The notes under the pieces: generated by a model
The model's database searches: none
Seen by the model: the letters and a program-made list of their open reading frames with translations, nothing else
What the model was told of the DNA's origin: nothing
Assembly (NCBI GenBank): GCA_944368805.1
Contig: CALVXC010000026.1
Coordinates: 1-18,163, forward strand
From: an uncultured Bacilli bacterium
GTDB lineage: Bacteria > Bacillota_I > Bacilli_A > RF39 > UBA660
Direction: 5' to 3'
DNA: 18,163 bases
Program-made: the position numbers and the translations under genes
Part shown: positions 14,266-18,163 of the stretch, piece after piece
Layout of the letters: each line of letters opens with the position of its first letter
Numbering within the stretch: position 1 is the first letter of the stretch

Positions 14266-15281
14266 AATTTAATAAGTATTTAAAAGACAAAATCTTTGAA
14301 ATAGTTTTATATGTTATTTTAATAATGATTATTTTAATAATGCTTTATTCTTTTTCAGTTAATTCTTTCTTATTTTTCTATATTACAATTTTACTAATTA
14401 CTTTTGGCTTAATTATGTTATTATATAATTTTTTTAGAAGAAAAAAATTTTATGATAATTTAATTCAAACACTAAATAAAATAGATCAAAAATATCTATT
14501 ACAAGAAATGATTAATAGACCTAATTTTATTGAAGGCAAGATATTATATGATACTTTATATGAAACTAATAAAGCGATGTTAGATGTTATTAAAAAATAT
14601 AAATTAAAAGAAAAAGATTTTAAAGAATATATTGAGCTATGGCTTCATGAAATAAAAACACCATTAGCGACATCTAATTTAATAATTCAAAATAATCATA
14701 ACGCTATTGACGAAAGTGTTTTAGAACAATTAAATAGAATTGATAATTTAGTTGAACAAGTAATGTTTTATGTTAAAAGTGGTAATGCTAATAAAGATTA
14801 TTTAATTAAAAAACATAAACTTGATACAATTATTAAAAAAATAGTTAAACGTAATAAAAAGAGCTTTATTTTAAAACAAATAACTTTAGAATTAAAAGAT
14901 TTAAATGTTTTAGTTAATACTGATAGTAAATGGTTAGAATTTATTATTAATCAAATTATTAATAATAGTATTAAATATAGTAAAGAGAAAAATAGTTTTA
15001 TTAAAATTTATACTAAAAAAGAAAAGAATAGAATTATTTTATATATTGAAGATAATGGGATTGGTATTGATAAGAAAGATATTGATCGTGTTTTTGATAA
15101 AGGTTTTACTGGTTCAAATGGACGTTTAAAATATAACTCGACAGGAATTGGACTATATTTATGTCATGAACTATGTCAAAAATTAGGATATGATATTGCT
15201 ATTAGTTCTATTTTAAATAAAGGAACAATTGTAAAAATAATTTTTCCACTTAATTCGTTAGTTATTGAAAACCTTACATAA
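14262..15281 (+). CDS. Intramembrane-sensing histidine kinase, BceS-like
   Basis: Two N-terminal TM helices are joined by a few-residue loop, so there is no extracellular sensor domain. H-box WLHEIKTPLA, N-box IINNSIKYS, G1 EDNGIGI and G2 GIGLYL are present. The start overlaps the response-regulator stop by 4 nt (ATGA). Confidence 0.9.
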   Translation: MKFNKYLKDKIFEIVLYVILIMIILIMLYSFSVNSFLFFYITILLITFGLIMLLYNFFRRKKFYDNLIQTLNKIDQKYLLQEMINRPNFIEGKILYDTLYETNKAMLDVIKKYKLKEKDFKEYIELWLHEIKTPLATSNLIIQNNHNAIDESVLEQLNRIDNLVEQVMFYVKSGNANKDYLIKKHKLDTIIKKIVKRNKKSFILKQITLELKDLNVLVNTDSKWLEFIINQIINNSIKYSKEKNSFIKIYTKKEKNRIILYIEDNGIGIDKKDIDRVFDKGFTGSNGRLKYNSTGIGLYLCHELCQKLGYDIAISSILNKGTIVKIIFPLNSLVIENLT

Positions 15282-15293
15282 TTGTAAGGTTTT
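15268..15293 (+). terminator. Stem-loop after the histidine kinase gene (11-bp perfect stem), a possible terminator and/or response-regulator box
   Basis: AAAACCTTACA (15268-15278), loop taat, TGTAAGGTTTT (15283-15293). The loop contains the stop codon and the T-run is part of the stem. Confidence 0.55.
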
Positions 15294-15354
15294 GTAATAT
15301 AAATCGATTGTTATATAATACTATTTTGTTTATAATTAGTGTGAGGTGAAGATT

Positions 15355-16119
15355 ATGAAAGTTTTACAACTTAAAAATGTTGAAAAGTATTATGGTAGTC
15401 GATCAAGTTTAACTAAAGCAATTGATGATATCAGTTTTGAAGTTTCAGATGGTGAATTTGTTGGAATTATGGGCGCGAGTGGAAGTGGAAAAACAACTTT
15501 GTTAAATTGTATTTCAACTATTGATAGGGTAACTAGTGGTCACATTATAATTAATGATCAAGATATTACTAAATTAAAAAACAATCAGTTAAATCGCTTT
15601 CGACGTGAAGAATTAGGTTTTATTTTTCAAGATTTTAATTTATTAGATACCTTAACTGCATATGAAAATATAGCTTTAGCTTTAACGATTCAAAAAGTAA
15701 ATCATTTAGAAATTGATAGCCGTGTTAAGAAAATAGCTAAAAAGTTAAATATTACAAATATTTTAAAAAAATATCCTTATCAAATGTCTGGTGGGGAGAA
15801 ACAAAGAGTTGCTTCAGCGCGAGCTATTATAACTAATCCTAAATTAGTTTTAGCTGATGAACCAACTGGTGCTTTAGATTCTAAATCAGCTAGAATGTTA
15901 CTAGAAAATTTTGAGTATTTAAATCAAGAATTAAAAGCAACTATTTTAATGGTAACTCACGATGCTTTTACAGCTAGTTATTGTAAGCGTATTTTATTTA
16001 TTAAAGACGGTAAAATATTTAATGAATTAATTAGAGGCGATGATACACGTAAAGAATTTTTTAATCGAATTATTGAAGTTGTTACCCTTTTGGGTGGTGA
16101 ATTAAATGATGTTGTTTAA
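15355..16119 (+). CDS. ABC-transporter ATP-binding protein, BceA-like (MacB/FtsE-type)
   Basis: Walker A GASGSGKTT, signature MSGGEKQRV, Walker B LVLADEPTGALD and H-loop VTHD are present. The start is set at ATG 15355, 5 nt after SD GAGGTGA. The tracked GTG at 15346 lies inside the SD. Confidence 0.9.
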   Translation: MKVLQLKNVEKYYGSRSSLTKAIDDISFEVSDGEFVGIMGASGSGKTTLLNCISTIDRVTSGHIIINDQDITKLKNNQLNRFRREELGFIFQDFNLLDTLTAYENIALALTIQKVNHLEIDSRVKKIAKKLNITNILKKYPYQMSGGEKQRVASARAIITNPKLVLADEPTGALDSKSARMLLENFEYLNQELKATILMVTHDAFTASYCKRILFIKDGKIFNELIRGDDTRKEFFNRIIEVVTLLGGELNDVV

Positions 16120-18163
16120 ATTATCTTTAAAAAACATGAAAAAAAGTTTTAAAGATTATACAATCTATTTTTTAACTCTTATTTTAGGGGTAGCTATTTT
16201 TTATGTTTTTAATTCAATCGATTCACAACAAGCAATGTTAGAACTTAGCGATTCACAATATCAAATTATCGATTTAATGATAAGTATTTTAAGCGGTTTT
16301 TCTGTTTTTGTTTCGTTTGTTTTAGGTTTTTTAATTATTTATGCGAATAAATTTTTAATTAAAAGGCGTAAAAAAGAATTTGGTATTTATATGACTTTAG
16401 GAATGAGTAAAGGGAAAATATCCAAAATATTATTTTTAGAAACTTTATTAATAGGCGTTTTATCTTTATTTGTTGGTTTAGTTTTAGGTGTTTTTTTATC
16501 ACAAATGATGTCTGTTTTGGTTGCTAAAATGTTTGAAGCTGATATGAGTACCTACCAATTTATTTTTTCCACAAGTGCGATGTGGAAAACTATTATATAT
16601 TTTGGTGTTATGTATATTTTAGTTATGATTTTTAATGTTATTTCGGTATCTAAGTGTAAATTAATTGATTTAATAAATGCTAAAAAAAGAACCGAAAAAG
16701 TAAAAATCAAAAATACTTTTCTTTCAATTTTATTATTTTTATTGTCACTTTTTATTTTAGGTTATGATTATTATTTAGTAACCGAAAAATTATCAACATT
16801 AAGTGGTAGAGAGTTTATTGCTTGTATTATCGTTGGAATATTAGCTACAATCTTATTTTTCTTTTCTTTATCAGGTTTTTTACTTAAATTAATTCAATCA
16901 AGAAAGAAAACTTATTTTAAAGGTTTAAATATGTTTGTCGTTAGACAAATTAATAGTCAAATTAATACAGCAGTATTTTCGATGAGTATTATTTGTATTT
17001 TGTTATTTTTTACAATTTGTATTTCTTCAACAGCTGTTTCAATAAATAATTCATATAAAAAAGATTTAGATAAATTAACACCAGTAGATTTAAATATAGT
17101 TAAAAATACCGAATATTATGATAATAATGGTAATTTAATTAAAAATGATGATGATAAAATTGTCGATGATTTAAAAGAATATGGTTTTGATGTAGAAAAC
17201 AGTTTCACTGATCAAGTTCAAATAACAGGATATTATGAATCAAGTATTACTTATAAGTCTACTTTAGGTAAATATGCTGATCAATTAGAAGATTTACAAC
17301 GAAGTTTTTTGTTTAATGAAACAGAGTTAATTTTAACTGAATCGGATTATAATAAAATCGCACAGTTATATGGTAATGAATTAGTAAATTTAGATGAAAA
17401 TAAATACGCTATTGTAGCTAATTTTGATCAAATGATAACTTATCATAATAAAGCTTTGAAAGATAATAATGTAATTGTTATTGGAAATAAAAAATATTAT
17501 CCACAAAGTGATGAGTGCCTTTATGGTTTTGTTGAGATTTCTAACAGTGAAATGAGTTTAGGAATTATCATTGTTCCTGATGAAGCTAAAAACGATTTAA
17601 CTGTTCAGTCTTATTTATTAGCAGCTAATTATCAAGGAAATAGTCGTCAAGATAAGCAAGAAGTTGAAGATAAAATTTCATCTCTTGATACTAATCATTC
17701 TTTAGGTAGTATAACTAAAATTGAACTATATGATTCTAGTATTGGTCTTGGTATGATTGTTACTTTTATAGGATTATATTTAGGAATTATCTTCTTGATT
17801 TGTGGAGCAGCTATTTTAGCTTTAAAGGAATTATCAGAAAGTTCTGATAATAAAGAGCGCTACAACGTTTTAAGAAACATTGGAGCTGATCAAAAAATGC
17901 TTAATAAAGCGTTATTTATTCAAATTGCGGTTTTCTTTGGCTTTCCATTATTTCTAGCAATTATTCACTCTATTTTTGGTATTAAAGTTGCTAATTTAAT
18001 GTTAGTTAATTTTGCTAATCAAAGTCTACTTACTTCAATAATTTTAACAGCTATTTTCATAATAATTATTTATGGAGGTTATTTTATAGCTACTTATTTA
18101 TGTAGTAAAAATATTATAAAAGAAACAATTAAAAAAGGGGCTGTCTCAAAATTAAGTGATTGA
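16106..18163 (+). CDS. BceB-like FtsX-domain permease (10 TM, large extracellular domain between TM7 and TM8)
   Basis: At 685 aa, the hydrophobic segment layout is 4 TM, 3 TM, a ~230-aa hydrophilic domain and 3 TM. The start overlaps the ATPase stop and the gene ends with TGA at 18161-18163. Confidence 0.9.
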   Translation: MMLFKLSLKNMKKSFKDYTIYFLTLILGVAIFYVFNSIDSQQAMLELSDSQYQIIDLMISILSGFSVFVSFVLGFLIIYANKFLIKRRKKEFGIYMTLGMSKGKISKILFLETLLIGVLSLFVGLVLGVFLSQMMSVLVAKMFEADMSTYQFIFSTSAMWKTIIYFGVMYILVMIFNVISVSKCKLIDLINAKKRTEKVKIKNTFLSILLFLLSLFILGYDYYLVTEKLSTLSGREFIACIIVGILATILFFFSLSGFLLKLIQSRKKTYFKGLNMFVVRQINSQINTAVFSMSIICILLFFTICISSTAVSINNSYKKDLDKLTPVDLNIVKNTEYYDNNGNLIKNDDDKIVDDLKEYGFDVENSFTDQVQITGYYESSITYKSTLGKYADQLEDLQRSFLFNETELILTESDYNKIAQLYGNELVNLDENKYAIVANFDQMITYHNKALKDNNVIVIGNKKYYPQSDECLYGFVEISNSEMSLGIIIVPDEAKNDLTVQSYLLAANYQGNSRQDKQEVEDKISSLDTNHSLGSITKIELYDSSIGLGMIVTFIGLYLGIIFLICGAAILALKELSESSDNKERYNVLRNIGADQKMLNKALFIQIAVFFGFPLFLAIIHSIFGIKVANLMLVNFANQSLLTSIILTAIFIIIIYGGYFIATYLCSKNIIKETIKKGAVSKLSD

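Noticed and set aside
1-18163. Alternative genetic code (Mollicutes-type TGA=Trp), given the extreme AT-richness
   Set aside because: TGA terminates well-defined genes exactly where the next gene starts: the binding protein at 11393-11395, the HipT-like kinase at 13598-13600 and the permease at 18161-18163. All long ORFs are intact under the standard code.
1-18163. Search for CRISPR arrays, tRNA/rRNA genes and long tandem repeats
   Set aside because: By eye I saw no regularly spaced direct repeats of 24-40 nt, no cloverleaf-compatible GC-rich 70-90-nt segments and no rRNA-like sequence. The only repeats are the short palindromes and att repeats listed above.

Overview
Very AT-rich, Firmicutes-type chromosomal segment using the standard genetic code (TGA is used as a stop). 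Positions about 138-10985 form a ~10.85-kb integrative mobilizable element (IME). Its junctions can be read directly. It splits an ABC-transporter ATPase gene at ...LSGGMRQRV|ALIRTL..., is bracketed by a 7-bp shared core (CTACTCT), and carries imperfect inverted attP-type arms. All coordinates, alignments and motif matches below were made by eye, without any database search. On the minus strand the IME encodes a Bro-N/DinD-like protein, a large serine recombinase, a MobV (Pre/Mob) relaxase, a RepA/DnaB-like P-loop ATPase and a small winged-helix-like protein. On the plus strand it encodes an XRE regulator and a self-contained two-gene cargo module. That module is an N-terminally extended AAA+ (MoxR/AAA_5-like) ATPase translationally coupled to a zincin(HExxH)+vWA(MIDAS) protein. 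It is the best candidate for an uncharacterised (possibly conflict/defence) system. A 132-aa orphan ORF sits at the element edge. The interrupted ATPase gene has a second breakpoint near 66-70, at the left window edge. To the right of the IME lie a NMT1/SsuA-type substrate-binding protein gene and a split HipA-family kinase pair (HipS-like N-subdomain ORF plus HipT-like kinase ORF, with no hipB). The kinase gene directly abuts a complete Bce-type antimicrobial-peptide module (OmpR-type response regulator, intramembrane-sensing histidine kinase, ABC ATPase, FtsX-type 10-TM permease). I found no rRNA, tRNA or CRISPR array.
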